A stretch of 64,000 nt of DNA from contig NC_090330.1 of assembly GCF_035084215.1 (NCBI RefSeq), positions 96,906,001 to 96,970,000 of the forward strand, in the 5' to 3' direction. The translations under genes were made by a program, and so were the position numbers. The first letter of the stretch is position 1. Each line of letters opens with the position of its first letter. The notes beneath the pieces were generated by a model, which worked only from the letters and a program-made list of their open reading frames with translations, did not search any database and was not told the origin of the DNA. Positions 1-12,866 of the stretch are shown here, piece after piece. This DNA is from Heptranchias perlo (taxonomy: Eukaryota).

Positions 1-299
1 CAACGTGGGAGCTGTGCAATTTTTGGGGTCAGCCATCATTATCATGCGGTCGGCGAGCTGCCAGTGGGAAATCTGCACCAAATAGGCAGCTCGCTGACTT
101 GGAGGCGGGAAATCAGGTTCTGCGGTGCTTGTCAAGGGCTAGTAACAGCAGCTCAAAGGGGAGCTGCAATTAATTGGGAAGGGAAAGATGCAACCCTGGA
201 GTGCACAATCTAAAGCTTTCAAATCCGTTAAAGTGGAAAACCCACAAGTGACTGCCATAAAAATGCCTCCAAAAGTTCCATCCAGCTTTACTAGACCTT

Positions 300-620
300 T
301 TTAAGCATCACTGGAGGGTAGTGCAAGCTGTCTGGAGGGAGGTGGCAAATGCAGTCAGTGCTACCTCCACTACCTCAAAATCTGCCATATGGTACCAGAA
401 TTGGTTCAATGAGCTCATGGCTAACAAAGTAGATGTGCTACTGCATGAAGCGGGTACAAGAAGAGTTACCCATTTTTGGCACTCTAGGTCACTCTCCACA
501 AAAAAACAGCAGTACAGCATACCTGGTAGAAGTTGATAACCAGTATTAGCACAGTTTGCAGTACCTGCATTATTTAGGAACAGATGCAGAAGAAGATGGC
601 AGACCTTAAGGAGAGTGCCA
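300..620 (+). pseudogene. Decayed Harbinger Myb/SANT-like DNA-binding gene fragment
   Basis: ORF 321-536 AVWREVANAVSATSTTSKSAIWYQNWFNEL resembles the W..VA..V.A......R....C.K.FNDL trihelix motif seen in better copies at 59041 and 44556. Confidence 0.5.
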
Positions 621-632
621 AGATAATACTCA

Positions 633-821
633 CAACACCAGGTTATAGTCCAACAAATTTATTTTAAAATCACAAGCTTTCGGAGATTATCTCCTTCGTC
701 AGATGAAGGAGATAATCTCCGAAAGCTTGTGATTTTAAAATAAATTTGTTGGACTATAACCTGGTGTTGTAAGATTCCTTACATTTGTCCACCCCAGTCC
801 ATCACCGGCATCTCCACATCA
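633..821. mobile_element. Short palindromic Penelope-like insertion (copy 1)
   Basis: Inverted arms 632-697/705-770, sense tail 771-821 ending ccggcatctccacatca, TSD aagataatactca (620-632/822-834); homologous to the 3' end of the PLE at 42660-42784. Confidence 0.92.
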
Positions 822-1759
822 AAGATAATACTCAACAGCATTATTTACAAGGTGGATGGTCCAAGGATGTATGCCACAAAGTCTGACAACCTTTTCCACA
901 TTAATGCTAATCCAAGCCAAGCCCACACACAACCTCATTGTTTTCATGTTGCTTGCCATGTATACCCATATTCCAAATATTCAAGCTGGAACTTACAATT
1001 GAACTAGACTGACATCTTAAACAGGCTGAATGCATAAAATCATCATAACACCACCAAGCTGCATAATGCATGGTTACTTACTAACACTCAGGATGAGCTA
1101 CAAATTGCGCCAATATCTAGAAACTTGTATGTGTTCCTTCAATTTATAACGTGGCAGAACTACTTTTCTGCTTGTACAAAAAGATTGAGCATGAGCCCTG
1201 AAAGTACAAGGCACCTCTCACAGCGCAGATACTCTCTTGATGGAAGCACAAATTGGAGAAGTGGGCATCGAGGTCAGCACAATTGGCTGGAAAATTGAAT
1301 CAATCATTTTAATGCCAGCCAGAAAATACGCCTATAATGTCATCAGGACAAAAATGCCATATGGTTGTTCTGGGTCTCTTCCCTCCCAAACACAAAGTTT
1401 GCCAAACATTCTTTTGATGAAGACAATTTACTATTAAATATTATAAGCCAGATATTACTGGTGTGATAGTAGCAAATGAACATTTATTTTAATAGGATCA
1501 ATGTCACAATTAAAATAATGGGCATAGGAATGCAATAATTTCTATTCTTATATAAAAAGCTGTTTAGGAATGTGGTAACCCATTGTACCATCTACTGTAC
1601 AATTCCTAATGACTTTTTTTATGGTTCGCAAATTCTCATAAACAAGTATACCCAATATCAAAAACAATGAGTTGGGATAATATCAATTTGCAATAAAATA
1701 TTTACCAGAATCCAAACACTGGCTGGATATGCAATTTGTTGTTTAGCAAGTAGAATACA

Positions 1760-1960
1760 AAGGCTACCTTCATTTCCACAGATGACAACAATTTTGTGAA
1801 TCCATGGCTCAATCTTCCAACATGTGCCTTAGGCCTTTTAAGGCATTAGTGATGGGCTATCTTATCTCCAGCCACTCACTTCAAACTATCCAGAGATATT
1901 TGACAGTTTTTTTCTATTCTTTGTAATGCATTGTATGTGGGGGCTTTGACAACCATAATC
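1760..1960 (-). pseudogene. Highly decayed HARBI1-like transposase fragment
   Basis: Reverse strand gagtggctggagataagatagccc resembles the WLLGDKGYP motif; convergent with the Myb relic at 300-620. Confidence 0.3.
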
Positions 1961-2757
1961 CCCTATCTAGTTGAGAAATGTTCTCAATTAAACTATCAGG
2001 TTCATGCACCCTAAAAACATGTTTTTTTTATAAAGATGCTCTATCAGGCATTTTCTTTGAATTAGAAAGTATGGATAATGCCAGGGCAATTAGCAATAGT
2101 CAAATAGGTTATTTCCAGGTTTTAAACAGCTTAGCATGATTGATATCAGCTTACATTCAATTGAATGTTTTAAACCTTGTGATCTCACAGTGATAACCCA
2201 AAAATAGAAATAGCTGGTACTGCTCTTGATTTGCCACCCGCATAATGTTAATAGATGCAAAAAGTGCATTAATTAGGTCAAATTTGGGTCTTGAGTAAAT
2301 TTAATTAGCCAAATTTAGGTAATTTTGGAATTTCTCATCACTAGTGGATTATAACGTATCTGTGACCTTTTTATCAAGTGTATGTGCCCCTTTGTCTCAC
2401 ATATTTTCTGCTGAGCATCCTACTTAATTATTCATATGGTTAGGGTCTCCGACATGTCAATAGGTTTGGAATTTACTTTAATCCTCACTTGAAAAATTAG
2501 CTGAAGTACCAAAATGAATGATCCGTGATGCTGAATAAAGTGTTTGTGTGGGTGGCACTGAGTTCAAACACAGCTTGTTATTAGAATTTCAGTTACCTCT
2601 ACGTGGGTTGTGCAACACATTTCTCCCTACTGCACATTGTTTAGTCCCTTAGAGGCAGGGAAGACAGACTTGAAAAATGTTCTGGCCTTTGACTTACATT
2701 TCAAATCGCTTTTTCCTGGCAGCTTCAAATTAGACTTATTCTAGGCAAGAGCAGCAG

Positions 2758-2892
2758 AGGGGTAATTTTCCAACGCTGTACTGCTGGTGGGAACATGATT
2801 TTCCGACCATTGAAATTAATGGTTGGAAAATCATTTGCAATATGTGCTAACAGCAGGTGAGGCTGGCAGTGCAAAGTCAGAAAATTATCTCT
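2758..2892. mobile_element. Small MITE-like element
   Basis: Imperfect TIRs aggggtaattttc / gaaaattatctct, like other short TIR elements in the window. Confidence 0.45.
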
Positions 2893-4049
2893 TTAGATGC
2901 TTTAAGTAAAAAGACACAGCCAATCATGGCAGCTCGGTTTTATAACCTTTAATTATCTATTGATATGTAACTAAGTCAGGCCCTTGCTGAACCTGTCCTG
3001 TGGGAAAATAAATCCCTCTGATAACTCTGATGAACTCCTTCTATTAAGCAGGAACATTCCAGAACTGAAGGCAAATGTTTGCTTTAGAATAAAGAATAAG
3101 AGACACAAAATAAAACATAGCAAGTGTTGGAATAGGTTGGTCATTATACATAAAATATAACCCTACAAGCTTATTGCAACTAGGGTCAAAGCTTCAATTC
3201 TTGTTATCGATGTACTATCAGCAAAAAAATCTGCAAATTGTACTTTTGGAGATTTTAACCAAATGCCTATTGCATATAGGTATTTTTATCATCTCAGCTG
3301 CATTTGATGAATAGCCTGTATAAAAGATAGTTATCTGCATTTACATATGCAATCATGGCCCTAATAATTTGACTGTTCAAGGCCACAGCTATTCCATGGT
3401 TTGAAGATATCTCCTGGTGCAGTAAGCCAGTGGCAAGGATAGAATAGTGAATTGTCATCACAATTAATAATAATCTGTGTTATTATGGTGATGGCAATGA
3501 ATGTTCTAATTACTCCAAAGTGCATGCTTCAATAAACGTAATGTGAATTCCTACACGATAAAACAGGAATTTGTTTTCTGGTAGTAATTAAGCTTTGAAC
3601 CATAACAAAAGTTACAAAACTTTTTTCTTCACCACCAATTCTCTCCTGTAAACTGTAAGAAAAGTTTCCTTGTCTGCATTTTGTTCTGAAATGTGACTTC
3701 AAAGAATAAAATTATCAATTAATATTTAGAAGCAATTGTCAAGCTAGAACAAAATTTTAATATCCACCACACATTAATCTTTTATAGTATACAGAAGCTA
3801 TGAAATTCCTTTGACTCATTCAGTTGAATAAATTCCACTGCTCATCAAATTACAAAAAAAAATGGGAATCTGCTTCTGTCATTGCTGCCAAGACATCCCA
3901 GTTAACAAAATAAAAGAAAATCATAAATGGTAAACAATGTACATGTTGATGTTAAAAATTAATTGACTTTTGCTCTTTATAATTATGGGATTGTCTCAAT
4001 GCTTCCATGTGCTACTGCCTGTTAACAACAAGTATATTTCTAAAATGCA

Positions 4050-4560
4050 CTTCAGGCACATAGTGATATCTTGAAGTACTTCACAGGGAAGTGGACACTG
4101 ACCAAGAGGCAGAAAGGGAAGAAGACCTTTTGGATGCTTTTGAAAGCAGGGTGGGAGACCAGGAGGAGATGCAGAGGAAGAGAGTTCCAGAGGTTGGAAG
4201 CTTCATGGTTGGAAATGTGCATGCTGATGATGGAGCAGAGGGAGTGGGGAATGAGAAGTAAAAGCTTACCCCCAGTATCATTAGATAATATTGCTGAAGG
4301 GTAGCATGTTAAAGATGAAAAGCAAGAAGCTAAGATTGGAGCCATAGGCTATACCATAGGTAACTGGGTGGACTCGGGAGGATAATCTGTTAAAGGCAAT
4401 GAGTTTCTTCAAAGCGACAGCAAGAGTAGGACCATGAGAAAGCAGTATTGCATGGATGGACTGAGGAGGAGAGATGTTCAAGAGAGATTAAGTGATCACC
4501 ATTGCCAAAGACAGCAAAGAAGTCATGGATGACAAGGAATGACATTGAGCAGCAATAATA
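4050..4560 (-). mobile_element. Old L2 LINE fragment
   Basis: Purine-rich strand; minus translation (EASNLWNSLPLHL..FKSIQKVFF) resembles the L2 C-terminus at 9400-9550. Confidence 0.5.
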
Positions 4561-4874
4561 CAGGATGTGGTTGGCATGGTCTTGGTGATATAAGTGGGAT
4601 TGATATTGTTATGGTCTGAATATTTTATCTATTCTAAAGATTTTTAAGTTTTAATATGACTTTTTTGTTTATACGATGCTTGTTGGATTACTCCATCTTC
4701 CAATAATATTCCCCTTTTTTATTGAGAAACCAAGGTGATGGGTCAATGCCCATAGTGTAGGATAACCAAAGAGTAAAAGAAAAGACAAGAAAATTCAGGA
4801 AGTAACAATTAGGTGATGCCAAGAATAAAAAATGATTTATCCAAATATAACTTTTTTTTTGGCACATTGACTGG

Positions 4875-5136
4875 ACTAAATTATGAAGTATGGAAGCCCA
4901 CATTTATGGAACTGGATCAGAAATCCAGAAGGCATGAGTTCAAATCCCATTATGGCAAGTTACTAAATTTAATTTAATAAACCTGGTAATTTATGGCTAG
5001 CACCAAGAAATGACAAAAAAAGCAGCCAGATTGTTGTAAAAACCCAACTGGCTCACCAATGTCCTTCAGGGAAGGAAACCTATCACTCCTACCTGGTCTG
5101 GCATTACAAGTGACTCCACTCCCACACTATGTTGTT
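4875..5136 (+). mobile_element. tRNA-derived SINE, 5' part (split by LINE insertion)
   Basis: B-box gagttcaaatccc near 4936; core aaacccaactggctcaccaatgtccttcagggaaggaaac...gtgactcc; continues at 8312. Confidence 0.75.
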
Positions 5137-8100
5137 TTCTTTTATTCATTCATGAGATGTGGGCATCGCTGGCAAGGCCAGCATTTATTGCCCATCCTTA
5201 ATTGCCCTTGAGAAGGTGGTGGTGAGCAGCCTTCTTGAACCGCTGTAGTCCGTGTAGTGAAGGTTCTCCCACAGTGCTGTTAGGTAGGGAGTTCCAGGAT
5301 TTTGACCCAGCGACGATGAAGGAACGGCAATATATTTCCATGTCAGGACGGTGTGTGACTATCATTTTTATAACTGTCTAAATGCTTGCTATTTATATTG
5401 CTTGTGCAGGTTGTATGTGCTCCCATCTGCCTGCTGTCCTTGTCCCTCTAGGTGGTAGAGGTCGCAGGTTTAGGAGATGCTGGCGAAGAAGCCTTGGCGA
5501 GTTGCTGCAGTGGATCTTGTAGATGGTACACACTGTAGCCATGGTGCGCCAGTGGTGGAGGGAGTGAATGTTTAAGTTGGTAGATGGATTGCCAATCAAA
5601 TGGGCTGTTTTGTCCTGGATGGTGTCGAGCTTCTTGAGTGTTGTTGGAGCTGCACTCATCCAGGCAAGCGGAGAGTATTCCATTACACTCCTGACTTGTG
5701 CCTTGTAGATGGTGGAAAGGCTTTGGGGAGTCAGGAGGTGAGTCACTCGCCGCAGAATACCCAGCCTCTGACCTGCTCTTGTAGCCACAGTATTTACGTG
5801 GCTGGTCCAGTTAAGTTTCTGGTCAATGGTGACCCCCCAGAATTTACTTTCCACTTATCAGCCCAAGCCTGAATGTTGTCCAGGTCTTACTGCATGTGGG
5901 CATGGACTGCTTCATTATCTGAAGGGTTGCAAATAAAACTGAACACTGTGCAATCATCAGCAAACATCCCCACTTCTGTCTTATGATGGAAGGAAGGCCA
6001 TTAATGAAGGTGGTTAGGCCTAGGACACTGCCCTGAGGAACTCCTACAGAGATGTTCTGGGACTGAGATGATTGACCTCCAACAACCACTACCGTTTTCC
6101 TTTGTTCTAGGTATGACTCCAGCCATTGGAGAGTTTTCCCCGTGATTCCCATTGACTTCAATTTTTCTAGGGCTGGTGCCACACTCGGCCAAATGCTGCC
6201 TCGATGTCAAGGGCAGTTACTCTCACCTCACCTCTGGAATTCAGCTCTTTTGTCCATGTTTGGACCAAGGCGGTAATGAGGTCTGGAGCCGAGCAGTCCT
6301 GGCGGAACCCAAACTGAGCATCGGTGAGCAGGTTATTGGTGAGTAAGTGCCGCTTGATAGCACTGTCGATGACACCCTCCAACACTTTGCTGATGATTGA
6401 AGTAGGCTGATTGGTTGGTAATTGGTTGGATTGGATTTGTCCTGCTTTTTGTGGACAGGGCATGCCTGAGCAATTTTCCACTTTGTCGGGTAGATGCCAG
6501 TGTTGTAGCTGTACTGGAACAGCTTGGCTAGAGGCACGGCTAATTCTGGAGCACAAGCCTTCAGCACTACAGCCGGGATGTTGTCGGGGCCCATTGCCTT
6601 TGCAGTATCCAGTGCACTCAGCCATTTCTTGATATCAAGTGGAGTGAATCGAATTGGCTGAAGACTGGCTTCTGTGATGGTGGGAATCTCGGGAGGAGGT
6701 CGAGATGGATCATCCACTCGACACTTCCGGCTGAAGATGTTTGCAAATGCTTCAGACTTGTCTTTTGCACTCATGTGCTGAGCTCTGCCATCATTGAGCA
6801 TGGGAATGTTCACGGAACCTCCTCCTCCCATTTGTTTTTAATTGTCTACCACCATTCATGACTGGATGTGGCAGGACTGCAGAGCTTTGATCTGGTCCTT
6901 GGTTGTGGGATTGCTTTGCTCTGTTTGTAGCTTGCTGCTTCCGCTGTTTAGCATGCATGTAGACGTGTGTTGTAGCTTCACCAGGTTGGCATCTCATTTT
7001 TAGATACACCTGGTGCTGCTCCTGGCATGCTCTTCTACACACCTCATTGAACCAGGGTTGATTCCCTGGCTTGATGGTAATGGTAGAGTCAGGGATATGC
7101 CGGGCCATGAGTTTACAGATTGTGGTGCAATACAATTCTGCTGCTGCTGATGGCCCACCGAGCCTCATGGATCCCAGTTTTGAGCTGCTAGATCTGTTCT
7201 GAATCTAACCCATTTAGCACGGTGGCAGTGCCACACAACATGAAGGACGGTGTCCTAAGTGTGAAGACAGGACTTCGTCTCCGCAAGGAACGTGCGGTGG
7301 TCATTCCTCCCAACACTGTCATCAAATACATGACAGATACATCTGCGAGATTGATGAGGATGAGGTCAAGTTAGTTTTTCCCTCGTGTCGGTTCTCTCAC
7401 CATCTCCTGCAGGTCCAGTTTGGCAGCTATGTCCTTCAGGCCGCTGCCAGCTCGGTCAGTAATGATGCTACTGAGATAGTCTTGGTGATGGACATTGACT
7501 TCCCCCACCCAGAGTACATTCTGTGCTCTTGCTACCCTCAGTCCTGCCTCGAAGTGGTGCTCAACATAGAAGAGTACTAATTCATCAGCTGAGGGAGGGT
7601 GGTAGATGGTAACGACCTGGTGCCATGAGACTTCATGGGGTCCAGAGTCAATGTTTAGGACTCCCAGGGCCACTCCCTCCTGACTGTATACCACTGTGCT
7701 GCCACCTCTGGTGGGTCTGTCCTGCCGGTGGGACAGGACATATCCAGGGATGATGATGAATGAGTCTAGGATGTTGGCTGAAATATTCTGTGAGTATGGC
7801 TATGTCAGGCTGTTGCTTGACTAGTCTGTCGGACTTATTTTGGCACAAGTCCCAGTTGTTAGTGAGGGGGATTTGCAGTGTTGACTGGGCATGGTTTGCC
7901 TTTGTCGTGTTCAGTGCCTAGTGGTCCGATGCCGGGTGGTCCGTCCAGTTTTATTCTTATTACGACTTTTGTAGCAGGATTGTACAACTGAGTGGCTTGT
8001 TACGCCATTTCAGAGGGCAACTAAGAACCAACCACATTGCTGTAGGTCTGGAGTCACATATAGACCCAGACCGGGTAAGGACAGCAGGTTTCCTTCCCTA

Positions 8101-8311
8101 AAAGACATTAGTGAACCAGATGGGTTTTTATAACAAACCGGTAGTTTCCATGGGCACCATTACTGATACTAGCTTTTTATTCCAGATTTTTATTTAATTA
8201 ACTAAATTTTAAATTCTCCGTGGCGGGATTTAAACTCATATCTTCGGATTATTAGTCCAGGCCTCTGGATTACTAGTCCAGTAAGATAACAACTATGCCA
8301 CCGTACCCATA
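5137..8311 (-). mobile_element. Full-length but frameshifted CR1-group LINE with tRNA-like 5' head and a single APE-RT ORF
   Basis: Minus-strand pieces: APE (QQPDIAILTE, VGEVNVHH), RT (KAMGPDNIP, NYQPISL, QFGFR, ALDIEAAFGRVWH, GVPQGSVLG), C-terminus; 3' tail gggcaataaatgctggcc..gaatgaataaaag; TSD tatgttgtt 5128-5136 / tatggtgtt 8312-8320. Confidence 0.9.
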
Positions 8312-8400
8312 TATGGTGTTGATTCTTTGTGCCCTCAGGGCAGCCAGGATTGGGCAATAAATACTGCCTTGCCAGCGTTGCCCACATTCCCAGAACAATT
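8312..8400 (+). mobile_element. tRNA-derived SINE, 3' part
   Basis: gttgattctttgtgccctc-gggcagccaggattgggcaataaatactgccttgccagcgttgcccacattccc continues the SINE at 4875-5136; tail matches the LINE tail at 17968-18037. Confidence 0.7.
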
Positions 8401-8944
8401 TTTTTTTTAAAGTGGAAATTCCATCTCAGCTACAGGGGACAGTTCATGTGAAATATGCATATACGATTCAGATCAGCTATTTTACATACTCACAAAATAA
8501 GGAATAAACCAGGCCACAGTCCAGTAAAACATTTTTAGGATTGCCAGCTTTTTATGGATTAGTACAGCTATGATATGTAACCAGTCTCAGGATCATAAGT
8601 TTCTGCTTTTTACATTTCAGGAAAGTACAGTCAATATATTACATCAAGCAGCTCCTGATAGTGAAAATCAATGTTAAAATTATTTTTTTAATAGTCTGAA
8701 TCCTCCTTTCTGCTCTTCTTCCATCCTAACAACACAGTTTCTGGTTCTGTTAAAGAAAGAGTTGCTATTTTTGGCTATCTTTCCTCCTTCAACTCTAATC
8801 TCAATGGTTTTAATAAAGGACCTTCTCCCATTGTCTCCAATCATTGTGATCAACAACTAACTTTATCCCTTAGGTTTGTTGATTTTTTGTTCTCTGAATT
8901 AGAAGACCTCTGGTTTTGACAGTTATTGTGCCTATTGTCTTCAA

Positions 8945-9665
8945 ATCCTATTTGACCCTGTGCTGAGCTTCCATCTCCATATCTGCTCCATCATCAAGAC
9001 CGCCTGCTTCCACCTCCGTAATACCACCTGTCTCTGCCCCTACCTCAGCTCAACTCCTGCTGAAACCCTCATCCAAGCTTTTGTTAACTCCAGATTTGAC
9101 TATTCCAATGTTCTTCTGGCCGGCCTCCCATCTTCCACCCTCTGTAAACTTGAGCTTATCCAAAACTCTGTTGCCCATATCCTAACTCGAACCAAGTCCC
9201 GTTCACCCATCACCCCTGTGCTTGCTGACCTACATTTGCTCCCAGTCCAGCAACACCTCAATTTTAAAATTCTCATCCTTGTTTTCAAATCGCTCCATGG
9301 CCTCGCCCCTCCCGATCTCTGTAACCTCCTCCAGCTCTCCAACTCTCTGAGATCTCTGCGCTCCTCCAATTTAGGACTCTTGCATATCTCCGATTTCCAT
9401 CGCCCCACCATTGGCGGCTGTGCCTTCAGTTGTCTAGGCTCTAAGCTCTGGAATTCCATCCCTAAACTTCACCATCTCTATACTTCTCCCTCCTCCTTTA
9501 AGACATTCCTTAATACCTACTACTTTGACCAAGCTTTTGGTCATCTACCCTAATATCTATTTATGTGGCTTGTTGTGAAATTTTTTCTGATAATGCTCCT
9601 GTGAAGCACCTTGGGACATTTTACTATGTAAAAGGCGCTATATAAATACAAGTTGTTGTTGTTAT
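8945..9665 (+). mobile_element. L2 LINE 3' portion
   Basis: ORF 8960-9553 (AETLIQAFVNSRFDYSN, ITPVLADLHLLPV, KLWNSIP); tail aaaggcgctatataaatacaagttgttgtt. Confidence 0.9.
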
Positions 9666-9699
9666 TGTGTACTTCTTCAATCTCTTTGATTTTAGCCTG

Positions 9700-10210
9700 C
9701 TGTCCTGAGGAGCCAGCAAGGACACCCACCCAAGACTGAGGTCCTTATTTGCATACGCATGTCGTCATTGGGACACGACTGCAATTTTAATTCATGAGCG
9801 GGGAAGCCACTGCGGCTTTTCTGCCAGGCTGAACCAGGTTAGAGGAGGATCAGCCACAGGAGGAGGTACATTTTTTCTTTGTATGGCTAGGAAGACCAGG
9901 GCCCCACAAAAAAAGCATAGGCCTCCCTTGACTTGGACTCACCCCATCACAAATGCAAGACCGCCCAGGATGCTCCTGGAACCCAATCCCACTACCTACC
10001 TTGTGTCAGCAGGTGACCTCCGGGCCCCGCGAATTTCCACCACTTCCTCTCATCTTCCCGCCTGTTCTGATTGGAAATTGTCCAGCGGGATCTAAATGAG
10101 GCCCTGAAGTTAAAATAGCCTGAGCCACATTTCTGCTGCAGCAGATGGGTATTCAACTCACCTCGCCAACCTACTCACCCAAAACCCGCCCGGAGTTAAA
10201 ATTGCGGCCT
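9700..10210. mobile_element. Terminal part of a GC-rich non-autonomous DNA transposon (Harbinger-like)
   Basis: Ends cccgcccggagttaaaattgcggcc, similar to cccgagttaaaattgagac at 27910-27928. Confidence 0.45.
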
Positions 10211-10319
10211 AGGTACATGATGCATTTTCATTTAATCACACACACATTGGATGAGCACTCGCGTATCATTGTATGTTCTTCTGAAACTTCCAAAATCTCT
10301 ATAGTACTTCTCAGCTTAG

Positions 10320-11700
10320 AGAACAAGGTACACCAAACAGGAGGGACCAAAATGGGACGAGAGGATGGCCTTGCAGTTTTAAGCTCTTAAGTGATTTTGA
10401 GAAGTCAGCTGTTGAAATAATTGGCAATGAGAATGTAGAGCTAGTATGAGAGGATGAACCAAGGTCTACCCCAAACTGAGGACTAATTCCAATCCAATTC
10501 TCCCCATACTCACTCACTCATTAACTTTCACACGGCGATATACTCAAGCACAACGCTATGACACACATTATATTGTCATGCAAGTAATATTTCAAGGGAT
10601 GTTATTCAGCCAACATTCTAACATACGTTACACTTCTCTTTCTATAGGCATCCAAAAGATCCAACTGCAGTCACAGAAGAAGCCAGCACCTCATAGCATC
10701 TTACATCACTAATTTACTTATTGGAAATATTAATGTAGTTATATTCATTCCAGGGAAATTTCGATAGTGAACTTCAGGAGGGAATATCAGGGGAAACACT
10801 AGACATGAAAGGAGAGGAATAAGTGAAGGTGGCAGTGGAGGAGCAGGAACCTATTGGCTGGAGGTCCAGCCCATCCGTTTAACCCTCAGAGCTCAGGGAT
10901 TCAAACGTCATGGGCCCTGCTTATAAAATAAGGTTGTTATTTGAGCACGATTGTATTATGTAATTTGAGGACGTCCAAAGTACAAAGTGTGGTGATGACT
11001 ATGGAGGGCTTTGCTTTTTGTATCTGTGCAGTATTGCAAGAAGGATTCTTGGGCACTGCTGTCCATTGTGGGGTATGTAAAACTCCATGAGCACTTGTAA
11101 TAAAGGCCACAATTTCAGAGATTCAGTGTTAAAATTGCAGTTACGGAAGATCAGGGCTCTAATCTGCAAAAGGCTATCTTTTTCAACTTCAACTTGCTGG
11201 GAAATTTGATTGAAATAATTATCATTCAATGTTTCAAAATGTCATTGCTGCCTAGAGATTTATTCTTTGTGCCCAGAGCTCTGTTCCCACACAGATCTGT
11301 GGACATACTGAAGAATTGCCAGTAGCAGAAATAGATATAGATCAGATGGTTGTCTCTCAGGATGATATTATGTCCGTCCCATAAAGATTCTTCAAATGAC
11401 AGATGATGTGCCAGAAAATGGACAAGATCAGCCAGCAATTGCAGCAGTGGATGGGGTGGAACCAGTTGTAGGGCCATGTCATGACTCAACGCAAGGAGGT
11501 ACAGTGCAACGTCAATCCCAAGAGGCTATCACTTCTACCCAGCAGCCAGCCACTTCACTTCCTCCTTCTACCCGAGAAAATGCTAGAAAAAGCAATAGCA
11601 TTGTTGTAGAAGATACCCACCATAAAGTATCACCAAGAGAAAGCATCGGGGTAAAAAGAGTAAGGGTGCATGAACAAATAATTAATAGGGAAATCAACTA
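10320..11700 (+). pseudogene. Old Harbinger Myb/SANT gene relic (later exons)
   Basis: NKVHQTGG.. resembles exon 2 (EKVAHN..ERTGG); Ser/Pro-rich then basic end in ORF 11396-11701 resembles 60500-60913. Confidence 0.3.
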
Positions 11701-12141
11701 GTTTCACTTTATTTCAACTTTGCCCAGAGCGCTTCTTTCTAGTGGTGCAGAATAATGTAGTGACAGATCAAAAAATGAACTATCGTAGTTGAGTAGTGCA
11801 GAAGACAATGTCGTTATTGGACCACTGTGTAGTGCACATGAAGATAGGGCAATTGGTTAAATGAGTGGCTTAAGCACTTAAATTAATGTCTCCTCTGTGA
11901 GAGTCTGGCATACTACTCTTCCAGAGGATATTGCTGGTGGAGCACTCTTAGGCCATTGTCTGTGTTTTGATTTGGCCTTGTCTGCAGATGGACCTTCTCC
12001 TCCACTTTTTTCATCGTTAGACCTTTATTAATGAAACATTTGTGGAACATGCAGGTGAAGACTATATTCTAGGATAAATTTGTGATTTATCACTTCATTA
12101 TAAACCTCAATGGGGGAAAAATATTATTTTCACAGAGAGAT

Positions 12142-12225
12142 TTCCCATATGAGAAAATATTTTGCCTCACTCGGTAAGGCAAATTCCCACATGCTGACTC
12201 AGAATATTTTGATATTTATTCATTC
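12142..12225 (+). repeat. ~80-bp local direct repeat, copy A
   Basis: cccatatgagaaaatattttgcctcactcggta..tcccacatgctgactcagaatattttgatatttattcatt recurs at 13356-13436. Confidence 0.85.
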
Positions 12226-12631
12226 ATATTTTCAATATGAGAGAGGGATATCAGAGTCATGTATGGTCCGTGCGATTGTATCTGGTCTCTTCAAAAACAA
12301 GAATAATCACGGCAATTACCAAGACTAAGGCCAGCCGGATGAACTGTGATTGGTGGTCACAGGCTCTCTCAGTCACAACATATGCCCTGTAATTTTTGGT
12401 AATCTTAGTTGGGCCTGCAGACATATGATTTAGTCTGCCGCTAAGCTGCAGTCAGTTTCTTGGCACAAGGAGTATATGCTAAGACCCAGGAAACTACATT
12501 CCCAGTTACAACTTACAATAATTTACGAAGAAATGGCAAGGTAACAAGGTTGGTCCTGTGTATCTGATGGGAATGAAGTTGTATAGGTTACAAAGTGCCT
12601 CTGCACCAACAGATCAGCCTTAACATATTGT

Positions 12632-12866
12632 AAACAATTTTACAACACCAAGTTATAGTCCAGCAATTTTATTTTAAATTCACAAGCTTTCGGAGGCTTC
12701 CTCCTTCGTCAGGTGAACGATGTGAAAATGAAATTCTCGAAATGAAATCGCATTTATAATTCAGAAGGAAAGCTTGTGAATTTAAAATAAAATTGCTGGA
12801 CTATAACTCGGTGTTGTAAAATTGTTTACAATTGTCAACCCCAGTCCATCACCGGCATCTCCACAT
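12632..12866. mobile_element. Short inverted Penelope-like insertion (copy 2)
   Basis: Antisense arm 12627-12763, sense arm from 12768 plus tail; TSD cttaacatattgt 12619-12631/12867-12879. Confidence 0.92.
12678..12717 (-). ncRNA. Minimal type I hammerhead ribozyme motif
   Basis: Minus strand ttcac-CTGACGA-a-ggagg-aag-cctcc-GAAA-gc-tt-gtgaa: Watson-Crick stem I (ttcac/gtgaa), stem II, self-complementary AGCU stem III, CUU cleavage triplet. Confidence 0.8.

Noticed and set aside
633-821. Short palindromes as DNA-transposon MITEs or miRNA hairpins
   Set aside because: They match the PLE 3'UTR, have a one-sided tail and variable 12-14-bp TSDs, and the inverted repeats are not terminal
8220-8308. 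Functional tRNA gene (also at 31225 and 51090)
   Set aside because: No complete cloverleaf; contiguous with SINE/LINE bodies
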